From a bacterium (GTDB lineage: Bacteria; SAR324; XYD2-FULL-50-16): a DNA stretch of 64,000 nucleotides. The notes under the pieces were generated by a model. The model did no database searches and was not told where the DNA came from. It saw only the letters and a list, made by a program, of their open reading frames with translations. A program made the translations under genes and the position numbers. Each line of letters starts with the position of its first letter. Positions within the stretch are counted from its first letter, which is position 1. Positions 28,511 through 40,495 of the stretch are shown one piece after another. The DNA lies in the NCBI GenBank assembly GCA_032250835.1, contig JAVVEA010000003.1, forward strand, positions 121,458 to 185,457, read 5' to 3'.

Positions 28511-29154
28511 GGCTCTCCTTTAAAAGGGGGGTTCGCTCGGGCCAGAATAAGGAACATCGGCAAAAGAAGCAACACCAGCCACCAAATCCCCCCATTCCAT
28601 GCCTCACCCAGGCTGGCGTAGAAAAAGGCGGCCGGGAATTGCCCTGCTAGGTTAGCGACCACAAAACGCCGCTGGTTCATGCCGCTCAGTCCCAAGGCAA
28701 AGGCTAGGGGATCAAAGGGTAAGAAAGGCACGAGCCGGAAGACCAAGACCGCCCAAAAACCGCCCCTTTGGGCCCAAAGGTCTAGCTGGGCCAGTCGGCG
28801 GTTTCCCAAGCGGCGCTCCACCACGCCCCGCCCCCAGTAGCGAGCGAGCCGAAAGCAGACCCAGGCCGAAAGGACCCCACCGAACCAAGAGAGCAATCCA
28901 CCCCAAAACCAGCCGAAGACCCAGCCATTGGCTAGACTCAAGGCAAAGGCCGGAATCGGGGCAGCGATAGCTTGCAGGATATATAATGAGATTGACAGCA
29001 GTGCCGCCCAGGGGCCCCAGGCACGCAAACGCGCCGCCAGCATTTCGGCGTCGCCTTGGATCAGGGCGTCTAAGAGGGGGGAAAAGACCTCCCAGGTCAA
29101 TCCTGCCACCGCCAGCAGAAGGGCCAGCAGTGCCCAGGGGCCGTAAGTTTTCAT
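28507..29154 (-). CDS. TVP38/TMEM64 (DedA superfamily) membrane protein
   Basis: APIPA...ANGWVFG, FRLARYWGR, RLVPFLPFD. Confidence 0.88.
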   Translation of the reverse strand: MKTYGPWALLALLLAVAGLTWEVFSPLLDALIQGDAEMLAARLRAWGPWAALLSISLYILQAIAAPIPAFALSLANGWVFGWFWGGLLSWFGGVLSAWVCFRLARYWGRGVVERRLGNRRLAQLDLWAQRGGFWAVLVFRLVPFLPFDPLAFALGLSGMNQRRFVVANLAGQFPAAFFYASLGEAWNGGIWWLVLLLLPMFLILARANPPFKGEP

Positions 29155-29966
29155 CCCTTGACTGCTCCACGGGTCAGTCCGGCAATGATCTGGCGCTGGA
29201 AGACCAAAAAGGCGACCACCACCGGCAGGCTGGCGATCATTGCCCCGGCCATCAGGTGCCCCGCGTCAACGCCCGAGTGGGAGGCCCGGTAAAAGGCTAT
29301 GCCCAAGGGAAGGGTGCGCATGCTGTCTGAAGAGGTCAGGATCAAAGGGTGTACATAGGCATTCCAGCTCACCAAGACGCTGTGGATGCCCACCACCGCC
29401 AAGGCCGGACGGCAAAGCGGCAGAATCAGGGTGAAGAATATTTTGAGGTCGCTCGCCCCTTCGAGCCGGGCGGCCTCTTCGATTTCTTCGGGTAAGCCCA
29501 ACATGTATTGGCGGAGCAAGAAGATGCCGAAGGTTTCAGCCACCATCGGCAGGATCAGGGCTAGATAGCCGTCATAGAGCCCCAGGGCCCGAATTAAAAT
29601 GAACTGCGGCACCATCAAGACCGCCCCAGGCACCATCAACTTAACCAGGATCAAGATCATCAAGAGACCCCGCCCGGCGAAGCGCCGCCGCGCCAAGGCG
29701 TATGCGGCCATGCTGTCGAAGATCAAGTTGGCTGCGGTGATCCAAAGGGTCACCCAGAGGCTATTAAAGAAGTAACGCCCAAAGTTCCCTTCTACCCAGA
29801 CATCCGAGTAGTTGCTCAAAGTCAGTCGGTCGAGCTGAGGCACCAGACCCTCGATGCCTAATTTGGCCCCTTCGGCGGTTAAGCTGGTGACCGCCATCAG
29901 CCAGAGCGGCGCGAGGGTGATTAGGGCCAACAGGGCCAACACCAGATGCAGGGAGAGGCGCTTCAT
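29151..29966 (-). CDS. Carbohydrate ABC transporter permease (MalG-like)
   Basis: FFNSL, AAYALAR, EIEEAARLEGAS (EAA loop), GLTRGAVKG. Confidence 0.9.
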   Translation of the reverse strand: MKRLSLHLVLALLALITLAPLWLMAVTSLTAEGAKLGIEGLVPQLDRLTLSNYSDVWVEGNFGRYFFNSLWVTLWITAANLIFDSMAAYALARRRFAGRGLLMILILVKLMVPGAVLMVPQFILIRALGLYDGYLALILPMVAETFGIFLLRQYMLGLPEEIEEAARLEGASDLKIFFTLILPLCRPALAVVGIHSVLVSWNAYVHPLILTSSDSMRTLPLGIAFYRASHSGVDAGHLMAGAMIASLPVVVAFLVFQRQIIAGLTRGAVKG

Positions 29967-30217
29967 GGACAGTCCGTAGTTACGGTAGGGGTATATGACG
30001 CTTGGTTATATTCAAAAATCGCTATAATCTAATGCAAAAAATCCCATAATGGAGAATTGCAAAAGTTCTTTCATTCCTGTAACAATTTCGGACCAAGTTC
30101 AAGCCTATACTGTAAAGGTCTGTTTTACTCCTTTATCGATTGGGCCCTGGACCCTGAGGTTAGCTTATCAGTCGAGAAAAAGGTGGCATAGGTCACCAAG
30201 TCTCTTTTGGGGACTTC

Positions 30218-30246
30218 TTGACCTTTGTGTAAATATTCTCTAGAAC
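30218..30246 (+). promoter_or_regulatory. Candidate sigma70 promoter of the nqr operon
   Basis: TTGACC-N17-TAGAAC upstream of nqrA; the -10 match is imperfect. Confidence 0.35.
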
Positions 30247-30310
30247 ATCGCATCTAACCGATAGTTCATCCAAACCGCCCAGTGAAAGCTGGCAGCAGTT
30301 CAGAACCGCA

Positions 30311-31654
30311 ATGATTACAATTAAAAAGGGTTTGGACTTGCCGATTAACGGTAAGCCATCGCAAAAGATCACGCCCGCCCATCCGGTAACCCGGGTGGCG
30401 GTGGTCGGACCCGACTTTAACGGCATGAAGCCGACCATGGCCGTCCAGGTGGGCGACCGGGTCAAGCTGGGCCAGGAGATCTTCCGCGACAAAAAGACCC
30501 CCGGTGTGATTTACACCGCCCCCGGTGCCGGAACGATCAAAGAGATCAACCGCGGCGACCGCCGGGTGCTTCAAAGTGTGGTGATCGAGCTGGACGGCGA
30601 CGAGGCCGTTACCTTCGAGACCTGCCCCTTGGACGGCTTTGGTTCTTTAAGCGAGGACCAGATCCGCAAGAACCTGATTGAGTCGGGCCTTTGGACCGCG
30701 CTGAGGACCAGGCCTTTCTCTAAGGTGCCCGCGCCCGACGCCCAGGCGAAGGCGATCTTCATTACTGCCATCGATACCGACCCCTTTGCCGCCGATCCCG
30801 CACTGGTGCTGGCTGAGCATGTCGAATCCTTTAAGCGGGGCTTGACCCTGCTGACCAAATTGACCGAAGGACGGGTTTATCTTTGCCGTGGCGTGGACAG
30901 CAACGTGCCGGTGGGCATGGAAAAAAGCGTCTTCCTGGCTGAATTCGACGGCCCCCATCCCGCAGGACTAGCGGGCACCCACATCCACTTCTTAGAGCCC
31001 GTCAACGAGCATAAGAGCGTTTGGACCATTAACTACCAAGATGTAGTGGCCTTCGCAAAGCTATTCGAGACTGGCCGTCTCTTTACTGAGCGGGTGGTCG
31101 GCTTCGGTGGGGCCTCCGTGATTATGCCGCGCCTACTCAAGACGCGCCTGGGCGCTTGCCTGAGCGAATTGACCGAAGGCGAACTGCGGGCCGGTTCAAA
31201 CCGAGTGATTTCTGGTTCGGTCTTATGGGGGCGCACCGCTACGGGGCCTTTCGACTATCTGGGCCGTTACCACCACCATCTCTCGGTTCTGGCCGAAGGC
31301 GACGAACGGGAATTTTTAGGCTGGATGGGACCGGGCTTCGGCAAGTTCTCGATCAAGCGGGTCTTCCAGTCGGCCATGACACCCAAGGCCAAATTCAACT
31401 TTTCGGCCAGCACCAACGGTTCTAAGCGGGCCATGGTGCCGGTGGGCTCTTATGAAGCCGTGTTGCCGATGGATATGGAGCCGGTCTTTTTGCTGCGGGC
31501 TTTAATCATGAACGATACCGATCAGGCCCAGAAACTCGGTGCTCTGGAGCTGGATGAAGAGGATTTGGGCCTCTGTTCCTTCGTCTGCCCCGGCAAATAT
31601 AATTACGGCGAGATCCTTCGCAACAACCTGACCCAAATCGAAAAAGAAGGCTAA
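30311..31654 (+). CDS. nqrA: Na+-translocating NADH:quinone reductase subunit A
   Basis: [48 protein letters not shown]. Confidence 0.97.
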   Translation: MITIKKGLDLPINGKPSQKITPAHPVTRVAVVGPDFNGMKPTMAVQVGDRVKLGQEIFRDKKTPGVIYTAPGAGTIKEINRGDRRVLQSVVIELDGDEAVTFETCPLDGFGSLSEDQIRKNLIESGLWTALRTRPFSKVPAPDAQAKAIFITAIDTDPFAADPALVLAEHVESFKRGLTLLTKLTEGRVYLCRGVDSNVPVGMEKSVFLAEFDGPHPAGLAGTHIHFLEPVNEHKSVWTINYQDVVAFAKLFETGRLFTERVVGFGGASVIMPRLLKTRLGACLSELTEGELRAGSNRVISGSVLWGRTATGPFDYLGRYHHHLSVLAEGDEREFLGWMGPGFGKFSIKRVFQSAMTPKAKFNFSASTNGSKRAMVPVGSYEAVLPMDMEPVFLLRALIMNDTDQAQKLGALELDEEDLGLCSFVCPGKYNYGEILRNNLTQIEKEG

Positions 31655-32863
31655 ATGAAACCGTTACGCAAACTTCTGGATCAGGCCCACCCCCTCTTCG
31701 CTAAGGGCGGGAAGTTGGAGCCGCTCTTCGCGCTTTACGAGTTGGTCGATACCTTCTTGTTTACCCCCGGCGAAACCAACAAAGGGGGGACACAGGTCCG
31801 CGACGGATTGGACCTCAAGCGCATGATGATCATGGTGGTCATCGCCCTTCAGCCCATCTTGGTGATGACGGCCTACAACACGGGTCTTCAGGCCAACCGC
31901 GCCCTTGCCTCGATGGGTATTGCCTATCCTGAAGGCTGGCGCGGCTCTTTGCTGCACAGCTTAGGGATTGGTTTTGACCCGACCAACGCAGTGGCCAACT
32001 TGGCCCACGGCCTCTTGTACTTCTTGCCCATCTTCTTAGTGGTGCAGATCGTCGGCGGCTTTTGGGAAGTGATCTTTGCGGCGGTGCGTGGCCACGAAGT
32101 CAACGAAGGCTTTTTAGTCACCGGCATGCTCTTCCCCTTGACCTTACCGGCAACCATCCCTTTGTGGCAGGTCGCTTTAGGCATCAGCTTTGGTGTGGTG
32201 GTCGGTAAAGAGATCTTTGGCGGTACGGGCAAAAACTTCTTGAACCCGGCCTTGACCGGTCGGGCTTTCCTCTTCTTCGCCTACCCGGCGCAGATTTCTG
32301 GCGATGCCGTTTGGACTGCGGTAGACGGGTTCACCGGTGCGACGCCGCTGGGCTTGGCCGCAGTAGAGGGATTCCAGGGCATGGTGGCCCAATTCTCTTG
32401 GACCGCTGCCTTCTTGGGTACCATCCCCGGCAGCATGGGCGAGACTTCGGCCTTGGCCTGTCTCTTTGGGGCCTTGGTCTTGTTGATGACCGGCGTCGGC
32501 AGCTGGCGCATCATGCTTTCGGTTTTAGTGGGGACGCTGGTTACCTCGACCTTACTGTACGCCATCGGCAGCAGCACCAACCCCATGTTCAGCATCCCCC
32601 CGGCTTGGCACTTGGTTTTAGGCGGTTACGCCTTCGGCTTGGTCTTTATGGCCACCGACCCGGTCTCGGCGGCCATGACGTTCCGTGGGCAATGGGCTTA
32701 TGGTCTACTGATCGGTTTTATGGTGGTGTTGATCCGGGTGGTCAACCCCGCCTTCCCTGAAGGGATGATGTTGGCCATCTTGTTTGGCAACACCTGCGCC
32801 CCGGTGATCGATCACTATGTTTTAAAAGCGAACATCAAGCGGAGGAAGTTGCGCCATGTCTAA
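31655..32863 (+). CDS. nqrB: Na+-NQR subunit B
   Basis: [23 protein letters not shown], flavinylation site DGFTGAT. Confidence 0.97.
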   Translation: MKPLRKLLDQAHPLFAKGGKLEPLFALYELVDTFLFTPGETNKGGTQVRDGLDLKRMMIMVVIALQPILVMTAYNTGLQANRALASMGIAYPEGWRGSLLHSLGIGFDPTNAVANLAHGLLYFLPIFLVVQIVGGFWEVIFAAVRGHEVNEGFLVTGMLFPLTLPATIPLWQVALGISFGVVVGKEIFGGTGKNFLNPALTGRAFLFFAYPAQISGDAVWTAVDGFTGATPLGLAAVEGFQGMVAQFSWTAAFLGTIPGSMGETSALACLFGALVLLMTGVGSWRIMLSVLVGTLVTSTLLYAIGSSTNPMFSIPPAWHLVLGGYAFGLVFMATDPVSAAMTFRGQWAYGLLIGFMVVLIRVVNPAFPEGMMLAILFGNTCAPVIDHYVLKANIKRRKLRHV

Positions 32864-33623
32864 CGACTCCATCAAAAAGACCCTGGGCGTTGCCTTTGCG
32901 GTCTGTATTGTCTGCTCGGTGATGGTTTCTGCGGCGGCGGTAGCTCTGCGCCCGCTCCAAGAGGCCAACAAGGCCCGAGAGACCAAGAAAAATATCCTCC
33001 AGGCGGCGGGCATCTATGAGCCGGGCATGAACATTGAGGAAGGCTTTAAGGTCGTAGAGCCTCGGCTGGTTGATTTAGCCACCGGTAACTTTGTCGAAGG
33101 CGACCCAGTGGCTTACGACACCAAGAAGGAGTCCAAAGACCCCAAAAAGGCCATACATTTAGACGCCGATCAAGATATTGCCAAGATCCGCCAGATTGCC
33201 CCTAAACAGGTGGTCTATCTGCTCAAAAAAGACGGCCAGTTGCAGACCCTAATCCTGCCGGTTTACGGTAAGGGGCTCTGGTCGACCATGTATGCCTTTG
33301 TGGCCTTAAGTGGCGACGCCAACACCGTCAAAGGCCTGTCCTTTTACGAGCATGGTGAAACCCCCGGCTTGGGTGGTGAGGTGGACAATCCCCTCTGGAA
33401 GGCCCAATGGCCCGGAAAGAAGTTATTTGATAAGCAAGGCCATCTGAAGATCCAATTGGTCAAAGGCGGCGTCGATCCCAGCAAGCCTGGAGTCCAACAC
33501 AAAGTGGACGGTTTAAGTGGAGCGACGTTGACCGCGCGCGGCGTGGAAGACCTGATCCGCTTCTGGATGGGTAAAGAGGGCTACGGTCCCCTGCTGGAAC
33601 AAATCCGCAAACAAGGAGCCTGA
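32856..33623 (+). CDS. nqrC: Na+-NQR subunit C
   Basis: [23 protein letters not shown] site DGLSGATLT. Confidence 0.97.
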   Translation: MSNDSIKKTLGVAFAVCIVCSVMVSAAAVALRPLQEANKARETKKNILQAAGIYEPGMNIEEGFKVVEPRLVDLATGNFVEGDPVAYDTKKESKDPKKAIHLDADQDIAKIRQIAPKQVVYLLKKDGQLQTLILPVYGKGLWSTMYAFVALSGDANTVKGLSFYEHGETPGLGGEVDNPLWKAQWPGKKLFDKQGHLKIQLVKGGVDPSKPGVQHKVDGLSGATLTARGVEDLIRFWMGKEGYGPLLEQIRKQGA

Positions 33624-33625
33624 TC

Positions 33626-34252
33626 ATGTCGCAAATGCGTGCAAAAGACGTGTTGTTGAAGCCGATCTTCGACAACAACCCCATTATGCTACAGGTGCTG
33701 GGCATTTGTTCGGCCCTGGCGGTCACCAGCAAGTTAGAGACGGTCATCGCCATGAGCGCGGCCATGTTGTTTGTGACCACCTTTTCGAACATCGGCGTCA
33801 GCTCAATCCGCAACTACATCCCCAGCTCGATCCGGATTATCGTCCAGATGGCGATCATCGCTTCGCTGGTGATCGTGGTGGATCAGGTGCTTAAAGCATA
33901 TGCTTTCTCGATCAGCAAGCAGCTTTCGGTTTTCGTGGGTTTGATCATCACCAACTGTATCGTGATGGGCCGTGCCGAAGCCTTTGCCATGAGCAACCCG
34001 GTGGGCTTGAGTGCCTTAGACGGAATCGGCAACGCCCTGGGCTACAGCCTCTTGTTGGTGGTGGTAGGTACCATCCGCGAATTGTTTGGCTCCGGTAAAT
34101 TACTGGGCTACAACATTTTGACCCCGATCACTGAGGGGGGGTGGTACCAAGGCAATGGCCTGCTGCTGTTGCCGCCTTCGGCTTTCTTCATCATCGGTTT
34201 CCTGATCTGGGGCTTACGCACCTGGAAGAAGGATCAGGTAGAGCAAGACTAA
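33626..34252 (+). CDS. nqrD: Na+-NQR subunit D
   Basis: [27 protein letters not shown]. Confidence 0.97.
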   Translation: MSQMRAKDVLLKPIFDNNPIMLQVLGICSALAVTSKLETVIAMSAAMLFVTTFSNIGVSSIRNYIPSSIRIIVQMAIIASLVIVVDQVLKAYAFSISKQLSVFVGLIITNCIVMGRAEAFAMSNPVGLSALDGIGNALGYSLLLVVVGTIRELFGSGKLLGYNILTPITEGGWYQGNGLLLLPPSAFFIIGFLIWGLRTWKKDQVEQD

Positions 34253-34272
34253 CTTAAGGAAGGACGAAATCC

Positions 34273-34881
34273 ATGGAAGCTTATCTGAGCCTTCTGATCA
34301 AAGCGATTTTTATCGAAAACATGGCCCTGGCGTTTTTCCTGGGCATGTGTACCTTCTTGGCCGTGTCCAAGAAGGTGGAGACCTCTGCGGGTCTCGGCCT
34401 GTCGGTGATTGCGGTGCAAACCATCACCGTTCCGGTCAACAACCTGCTTTATACCTACATCCTCAAGGAGGGTGCCCTGAGTTGGGCTGGACTACCCAAC
34501 GTGGACTTGAGCTTTTTGGGTTTTATCTCTTACATCGGCGTGATTGCAGCGATTGTCCAGATCTTGGAAATGACCCTAGACCGTTATTTCCCCTCGCTTT
34601 ATAACGCCTTGGGCATTTTCTTGCCGTTGATCACCGTAAACTGCGCGATCATGGCGGGTTCTTTGTTCATGGTTGAGCGGGACTATACCTTTAGTGAGTC
34701 GGTGGTTTACGGTGTCGGTTCTGGTGCCGGTTGGGCCTTGGCTATTGTCTTATTGGCCGGGATACGAGAGAAACTTAAATATTCGGATGTGCCCCATGGT
34801 CTGCGGGGTTTGGGGATTACCTTTATCGTTGCGGGACTGATGGCTATGGCCTTTATGTCCTTCTCGGGGATTCAGCTTTAA
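34273..34881 (+). CDS. nqrE: Na+-NQR subunit E
   Basis: [24 protein letters not shown]. Confidence 0.97.
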   Translation: MEAYLSLLIKAIFIENMALAFFLGMCTFLAVSKKVETSAGLGLSVIAVQTITVPVNNLLYTYILKEGALSWAGLPNVDLSFLGFISYIGVIAAIVQILEMTLDRYFPSLYNALGIFLPLITVNCAIMAGSLFMVERDYTFSESVVYGVGSGAGWALAIVLLAGIREKLKYSDVPHGLRGLGITFIVAGLMAMAFMSFSGIQL

Positions 34882-34931
34882 GTCTTTAAACAAAAAACGG
34901 GGTCCTCGGGCCCCCTACATTGATTAGCATT

Positions 34932-36155
34932 ATGGAACTGATCGCTCTTGGCGTCGTGATGTTTACGGCAGTCGTGCTCACCCTGGTTGGGGTGATCCTG
35001 CTGGCCAAGTCAAAACTGGTGCCCAGCGGCAACGTACAGATTGAGGTCAACGGCCCCGATCACGTGGTTACCGTCTCGCCGGGACAAAAGCTCTTAGGGG
35101 CCCTTTCGGGCGAAAAGATTTTCCTCTCCTCGGCCTGTGGCGGTGGCGGGACCTGCGGGCAGTGCCGCTGTAAGGTCCTTGAAGGCGGCGGAGACATCTT
35201 GGCGACCGAATTGTCGCTGATCAGCAAGCGCGAAGCCCGCGAGGGCGAGCGTCTGGCTTGTCAGGTGGCGGTCAAGCGGGACATGAAGATTGAGATTCCC
35301 GAAGAGATGTTGGGGGTCAAAAAGTGGACCTGTAAGGTCAAGAGCAACCACAACGTAGCGACCTTCATCAAGGAATTGGTGCTTGAGCTACCTGAAGGCG
35401 AGAACGTGGACTTCCGTGCTGGTGGCTATATCCAGATCGAATGCCCGGCTTTCGAGATCAGCTTTAAGGATTTTGACGTAGAAGAAGAATACCGACCCGA
35501 TTGGGACACCTTTAAATTATGGGACTTAAAGACCGTCAACCACGAAGAGTGCATCCGTGCCTACTCGATGGCCAGTTATCCTTTGGAAAAAGGCATCATC
35601 ATGCTCAACGTGCGCATCGCCACCCCGCCGCCGCGCACCCAAGGGATCAACCCAGGCATCATGTCTTCGTACATCTTCAACCTCAAGCCCGGCGATGACG
35701 TGATTATTTCGGGTCCCTACGGCGAATTCTTCGCTAAAGAGACAGACGCCGAGATGATCTTTGTCGGCGGTGGTGCCGGTATGGCCCCGATGCGTAGCCA
35801 CATCTTCGATCAACTGCGCCGCTTGCACTCTAAACGTAAGATGAGCTTTTGGTATGGTGCCCGCTCAAAGCGCGAGATGTTCTACATCGAGGACTTCGAC
35901 GAACTGGCCGCCGAAAACGAGAACTTTACCTGGCACGTAGGCCTCTCGGACCCCCAGCCTGAAGACAATTGGGAAGGCCCCACCGGCTTTATCCACAACG
36001 TACTCTACGAGAATTACCTCAAGGACCACCCGGCCCCTGAAGACTGCGAATATTACATGTGCGGTCCCCCGATGATGAACAAGGCGGTGATCGACCTGCT
36101 GCACAGCCTCGGGGTGGAAGACGACAACATCCTTCTGGACGATTTCGGTGGCTGA
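34932..36155 (+). CDS. nqrF: Na+-NQR subunit F
   Basis: 2Fe-2[38 protein letters not shown]. Confidence 0.97.
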   Translation: MELIALGVVMFTAVVLTLVGVILLAKSKLVPSGNVQIEVNGPDHVVTVSPGQKLLGALSGEKIFLSSACGGGGTCGQCRCKVLEGGGDILATELSLISKREAREGERLACQVAVKRDMKIEIPEEMLGVKKWTCKVKSNHNVATFIKELVLELPEGENVDFRAGGYIQIECPAFEISFKDFDVEEEYRPDWDTFKLWDLKTVNHEECIRAYSMASYPLEKGIIMLNVRIATPPPRTQGINPGIMSSYIFNLKPGDDVIISGPYGEFFAKETDAEMIFVGGGAGMAPMRSHIFDQLRRLHSKRKMSFWYGARSKREMFYIEDFDELAAENENFTWHVGLSDPQPEDNWEGPTGFIHNVLYENYLKDHPAPEDCEYYMCGPPMMNKAVIDLLHSLGVEDDNILLDDFGG

Positions 36156-37188
36156 TTGGCTGAACAGGGCCCCCTTGAGGGGCCTTTTTCTTTTCTGGGC
36201 TTTGGTTCTGTTGGCCGCCTGCGACAAACAGCCGCCTCAGGTGACGCTTTCCGGCCAGACCATGGGCACCGGATACAAAGTGACCTACCGCACCACCGAA
36301 GAGGGCCCCAAACAAGAAGAGGTCCGGCGGTTGGTGGTCATGATGCTCGAAAGCATCGAAGACAAAATGTCCACCTACCGAAAGACCTCGGAGCTTTCCC
36401 GTTTCAACGGGGCGGGCACCGAACCCTTTGACCTGAGCCCCGAAACCTTGCGGGTGATGCGTGAAGCTAAGCTGATCGGTGAGCGTTCCGGCGGGGCTTT
36501 GGATGTGACCGTGGGGCCTTTGGTGGACCTATGGGGCTTCGGGCCTAGCGAACGTCAGGGCGTCCCTAGCGACGAAGCCATCGCCGAGGCCCGGTCGCAC
36601 GTGGGTTTAGACAAACTTACCCTCGACCCCAAGGCCTTACAGGCAAAAAAGACCGACCCCGCCTTGCAGGTCGATCTCTCGGCCATCGCCAAGGGCTATG
36701 CAGTAGATCAGGTGTCTGAATTATTAGGGTTCTTGGAGCTGCACGACCACTTAGTGGATATTGGTGGCGAGCTACGCGCCAACGGGACCAAGGCCGATGG
36801 GCAGTCCTGGCGGATCGGCATCGAGCAGCCCGACGCGCCGCCCGGTGAAGTGGCCCAGGTGTTGGAGCTACGCAACCACTCCATGGCCACCAGCGGGGAC
36901 TACCGCAACTATTTTGAGGCGGACGGTAAGCGCTACGCCCACGGGATCGACCCCCAAACGGGCCGACCGGCAGAAAACCACCTAGCCAGCGTTAGTGTGA
37001 TCCATCCCTCTTGCATGACCGCCGACGGCTGGGCCACGGCCTTGATGGTTTTGGGTGAAGACCGGGGAGCCAAGTTGGCCGAACGTTTGGGGCTGATGGC
37101 GCACTTTATCTACCGCGAGGGCGACGGATTTAAAGTCAAGGACTCCACCGCCTTCACCACCTTTTTAGAACAACAGAAGACCCCCTAG
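36148..37188 (+). CDS. apbE: FAD:protein FMN transferase lipoprotein
   Basis: Lipobox [27 protein letters not shown]; follows nqrF. Confidence 0.94.
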   Translation: MADWLNRAPLRGLFLFWALVLLAACDKQPPQVTLSGQTMGTGYKVTYRTTEEGPKQEEVRRLVVMMLESIEDKMSTYRKTSELSRFNGAGTEPFDLSPETLRVMREAKLIGERSGGALDVTVGPLVDLWGFGPSERQGVPSDEAIAEARSHVGLDKLTLDPKALQAKKTDPALQVDLSAIAKGYAVDQVSELLGFLELHDHLVDIGGELRANGTKADGQSWRIGIEQPDAPPGEVAQVLELRNHSMATSGDYRNYFEADGKRYAHGIDPQTGRPAENHLASVSVIHPSCMTADGWATALMVLGEDRGAKLAERLGLMAHFIYREGDGFKVKDSTAFTTFLEQQKTP

Positions 37189-37251
37189 TGCCCGGTATTA
37201 CGGTGCATTCTACAGGCAAGGTATAGGCTAAAAGGACATAGGAGGTTTTGT

Positions 37252-37488
37252 ATGGAACAGTTGATCGCCTCGTTGATCGCTTTCGGGTTGGCCATGACCG
37301 GCCTTTCCTTGGGCGTGATCTTTATGGGCAAAGGCTTAAAGGGGAGTTGCGGCGGTGCGGCCAAGGAGTGCGGCGTTGATGAAGAGAGGATTCCCTCTTG
37401 TGACTTCTGCGAAAGCCCCGAAGAAGAAAAGGCCCGTTGCGCACGCCGCAAACAGCGCCGTGTTAAGCAAACGGCCCAGGCGCTCTAG
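37252..37488 (+). CDS. nqrM: Na+-NQR maturation protein NqrM (DUF539)
   Basis: TM helix then LKGSCGG plus further Cys; ends the nqr-apbE operon. Confidence 0.8.
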   Translation: MEQLIASLIAFGLAMTGLSLGVIFMGKGLKGSCGGAAKECGVDEERIPSCDFCESPEEEKARCARRKQRRVKQTAQAL

Positions 37489-38066
37489 CGTTTTAGCCAG
37501 CCGAACATCTTTTCCCATAGCCCGCCAGACAAGGCGTCGGCTTGGGTCGAGAGCAGCCGCTTTTCGTTGCCGTCAACGGCCACCCAGGCCGATTGCAGCT
37601 TTAAAGTATGGGGCGACTCGGGCAGACCCATTTCGCTGCGGTTGAGCGTTACCTGCCGCACCAAATTGCGGAAATCGATTTCTTGCATCACGCCTCCTTG
37701 CGTATCCGGCGGTTGCACACAGGCGAATTCAATGGCCTTGAGCAATTCTGCCGGTTCTTCTCCTAAATCCAATTGACCAAAGGTCCCCTTGATCTGCTGG
37801 GTCAGGTCGCTGGCCTCTAAGTCCCCGCTGAGCAGTACTAGGGGGATTTCCTGGCGCAGGTTCAGTAGCTGGATCAAGTCTTGGGCTAAGTCGCGGTCAT
37901 AACCTTCAAAGCACCAAACCACCGCATCAAAGTGGGCTTCTTCTAAAAGGGACTTGACCTTAAGCCGTCCACGGGCTTCTTTAGTAGAGAAGCCGTAGTC
38001 GTGCATATGCTCAAGTAGGTCCTCTGGGAAGTCCAGGGCAGAGATCAATAAGAGGTTCAGATTCAT
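37485..38066 (-). CDS. Hypothetical protein with degenerate receiver-like domain
   Basis: CheY-like beta/alpha pattern (FDAVVWC, EIPLVLLSG) lacking the canonical Asp and Lys. Confidence 0.55.
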   Translation of the reverse strand: MNLNLLLISALDFPEDLLEHMHDYGFSTKEARGRLKVKSLLEEAHFDAVVWCFEGYDRDLAQDLIQLLNLRQEIPLVLLSGDLEASDLTQQIKGTFGQLDLGEEPAELLKAIEFACVQPPDTQGGVMQEIDFRNLVRQVTLNRSEMGLPESPHTLKLQSAWVAVDGNEKRLLSTQADALSGGLWEKMFGWLKR

Positions 38067-38218
38067 GGGAAAACTCGACTGTTATAGGCTGTTTTCCAGG
38101 TTTATCAGAAGCGGTGTCAGCTTGTAAACGCAAGCCTTCTCCTTTGATCTCGCGCAGTGGCTAAGCCCGCAATAGATGAAGGTCGCTAACATAATTATAA
38201 AGCAATAAAGCAAGATCC

Positions 38219-39163
38219 ATGCAACAGTTTAAATATGTGCGCCACCAGCAACCACCCGAACGGTTGGTTGATTTTTTGTGCCGACGCTTTCCCTACCAAG
38301 ACCGGGCGGGCTGGGTGGCGGCGGTCGAGAAGGGGGCCATCAGCATCGACGGGGAGCTCAGTTCACCGGACCTAATTTTAGAGACCGGCATGGTGGTCGG
38401 CTACGAGCGCCCCCGCGAGTCCGAACCGGCGGTGGATAAGACCTACCGGATTTTGTACCAAGACCAGGCCATTATAGCTGTCGAAAAGAGCGGCAACCTA
38501 CCCATTGCCGAGTCGGGCCGCTACTACCGCAATGTGTTGATCGAAATCTTAAAGGAAACCTTGGGGCTAGAGGTCTTGCATCAAGTCCACCGGCTCGACC
38601 GGGAGACTTCGGGCGTTTTGGTGGTCGCCAAAAGCCCCGAGGTCGCCACGCTCTTAGGCGAGCAGTTCTTTAAAGGCATCCCCCAAAAGCGCTACCAAAC
38701 CGTCTTGGTCGGTGAAATGCCCTTAGAAGAGGTCTTGGTCGAACAGCCCATCAAGAAGGTCAAGCCCCAGGGACCGGGGACCGTGCGCATCCGCCAAGTG
38801 GTGGACCCCGAGGGCAAGACCGCCAAGACCCTCTTCCGCCCGATCAAGGCGGCAGGCGGCTTAACGCTCGCCGAGGTAGAACTCTTCACGGGCCGCACCC
38901 ACCAAATCCGCGTGCACGCCGAATACCTAGGCTTCCCGGTCCTAGGAGACAAACTCTACGGCCAGACGGATGAGCAGTTCTTAAAATGGTTTAAAGGCGA
39001 GGAACAGCCAAATTTCGGCGAATTCGGCCCCATAGACCGCCAACTCCTGCACGCCAGCCGCCTAGAACTAAACCACCCCCTCACCGGCGACTGGCTAACC
39101 TTCGAGTCCGACCCCGCTCCTTTCTTTGGGGCTTATCCTTGTTGTAAGGGGTTGGTGGGGTGA
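38219..39163 (+). CDS. RluA/RluD family pseudouridine synthase
   Basis: HRLDRETSG (catalytic Asp), TGRTHQIRVH, GDKLYG, QLLHA. Confidence 0.93.
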   Translation: MQQFKYVRHQQPPERLVDFLCRRFPYQDRAGWVAAVEKGAISIDGELSSPDLILETGMVVGYERPRESEPAVDKTYRILYQDQAIIAVEKSGNLPIAESGRYYRNVLIEILKETLGLEVLHQVHRLDRETSGVLVVAKSPEVATLLGEQFFKGIPQKRYQTVLVGEMPLEEVLVEQPIKKVKPQGPGTVRIRQVVDPEGKTAKTLFRPIKAAGGLTLAEVELFTGRTHQIRVHAEYLGFPVLGDKLYGQTDEQFLKWFKGEEQPNFGEFGPIDRQLLHASRLELNHPLTGDWLTFESDPAPFFGAYPCCKGLVG

Positions 39164-39359
39164 GGGCTTGTTTCAGTTTGGGGGCTCTTGCGTTGAGCAG
39201 TCTGGGGGGGGAATCTCAAACCTAGCCCTGATGGGAAAGGCCCCGAACCCAAGCGAAAGTAAGCGTTTTTGAGCCTGCAAAAGTTTGCTGAAGCCTCCCC
39301 TATCCCGGCCCTATGCTCCAAGTAGTAATAAAAATATGGTTACTGCCTCTGGATTCTAA

Positions 39360-39675
39360 AATCCCTCCTTTCTAGGTTCTGGGGGGGAAGAAAGTCCGTG
39401 GAATGAAAAAGAGGTGGGATTACTTTCTTTGGCAGGCAAAGAAAGTAATCCCACCTCTTTATTCCTGCTGAAGGCTTTGGGCTCCTTAGAATTTGGAAAG
39501 GAAGAGTTTGAAGCTTTCACTTCAGAGCCGGGGAGATTGCCGGTCAAGGGGCGCACTGTGGGATACACGCCCTCAAGCATCGCTTCGCTCGCTTATCGGG
39601 GTGGAATCCCGGCGCGGTTTGAGGTTTCTAGTTTTGGGGGCTCGCCAGCTGCTTGCTGGCTGGAAGCTCCGGGCG
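39360..39675. repeat. Left copy of a modular palindromic (REP/MITE-like) repeat, including a perfect 24-bp inverted repeat
   Basis: AAAGAGGTGGGATTACTTTCTTTG-gcagg-CAAAGAAAGTAATCCCACCTCTTT at 39408-39460; 39566-39675 is similar to 43988-44096. Confidence 0.8.
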
Positions 39676-39859
39676 CTTAAGGGGCTTGGATATGCGTGCA
39701 AGCGGTCCCTGACGCCATCAAGTCTTCGCTCAAGCAGGCGCTCCAGCTCAAGGCGGCGTGGGTTTTGATCGGAAAAACAAGGTTACGGTCACCGGGTTTC
39801 TGGTATCATCTGCGCGAATACCGGTTAGCTATGATTTTTTTGGATGGTCTGGGATTTTT

Positions 39860-40495
39860 TTATTCCAGTGGGGTAATGCCATGTTTGATCGAGTAGCGCG
39901 TCAAGTCGGCCAAGTTTTTGGCACCCAGTTTCTTCATTAAATTATTGCGGTGGACTTCTACCGTCCGGTCCGAAATGCCCATTTGGAAGGCAATTTCCTT
40001 GGTTGATACGCCCAGGGCCAAAGAACGCAATACATCGCGCTCTTTGGGCGACAGGACTGCTTTGCGGGGTTGGTCGTCAAAAAGCAACTCGGGTAAGACT
40101 AGGTCTATAATCCCTTCTGTAACGGCAAAGCTACCTTGTTGGACCCTATTTATAGCCCATTCCAGTTCTACTGATGTGCAGGTCTTCCATAAAAACCCCC
40201 TGGCTCCCGCTCTGAGCATCGCCACTATACGCGGAACGTCTTCTACCATCGACAAACCTAGGACCTTCAACCCGAGGCCTAGGCTCAGAAGTTCTCGTGT
40301 GGTCTTCACACCGTCCCAGTCGGGCATACTCAAATCAAGCAAGACCACATCTGGTTTCAGTTTTTGGGCCCAATCTAAAGCGGCGCTCCCCGAAGAGGCT
40401 TGGCCGACCACGTCAATGGTTTCAAGCTTGTCTGTGATTAAACTCAGACCTTCTAGTATGATATTTTGATCGTCGACAAGTAAAACCCGAATCAT
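39860..40495 (-). CDS. NarL/LuxR family response regulator
   Basis: VLLVDD, VLLDLSMP, LSPKERDVL...TKEIA...TVEVHRNNLMKKL. Confidence 0.93.
   Translation of the reverse strand: MIRVLLVDDQNIILEGLSLITDKLETIDVVGQASSGSAALDWAQKLKPDVVLLDLSMPDWDGVKTTRELLSLGLGLKVLGLSMVEDVPRIVAMLRAGARGFLWKTCTSVELEWAINRVQQGSFAVTEGIIDLVLPELLFDDQPRKAVLSPKERDVLRSLALGVSTKEIAFQMGISDRTVEVHRNNLMKKLGAKNLADLTRYSIKHGITPLE

Noticed and set aside
30311-37488. nqr operon as a novel system
   Set aside because: Canonical nqrA-F, apbE, nqrM order; well described.
32-38952. Numerous 60-160 aa antisense or alternate-frame ORFs inside long genes
   Set aside because: Shadow ORFs expected in GC-rich coding DNA; no motifs or independent signals.
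39414-39940. Several short ORFs in the left repeat region
   Set aside because: They translate palindromic repeat DNA, show no protein motifs and recur as similar peptides in the right repeat copy.
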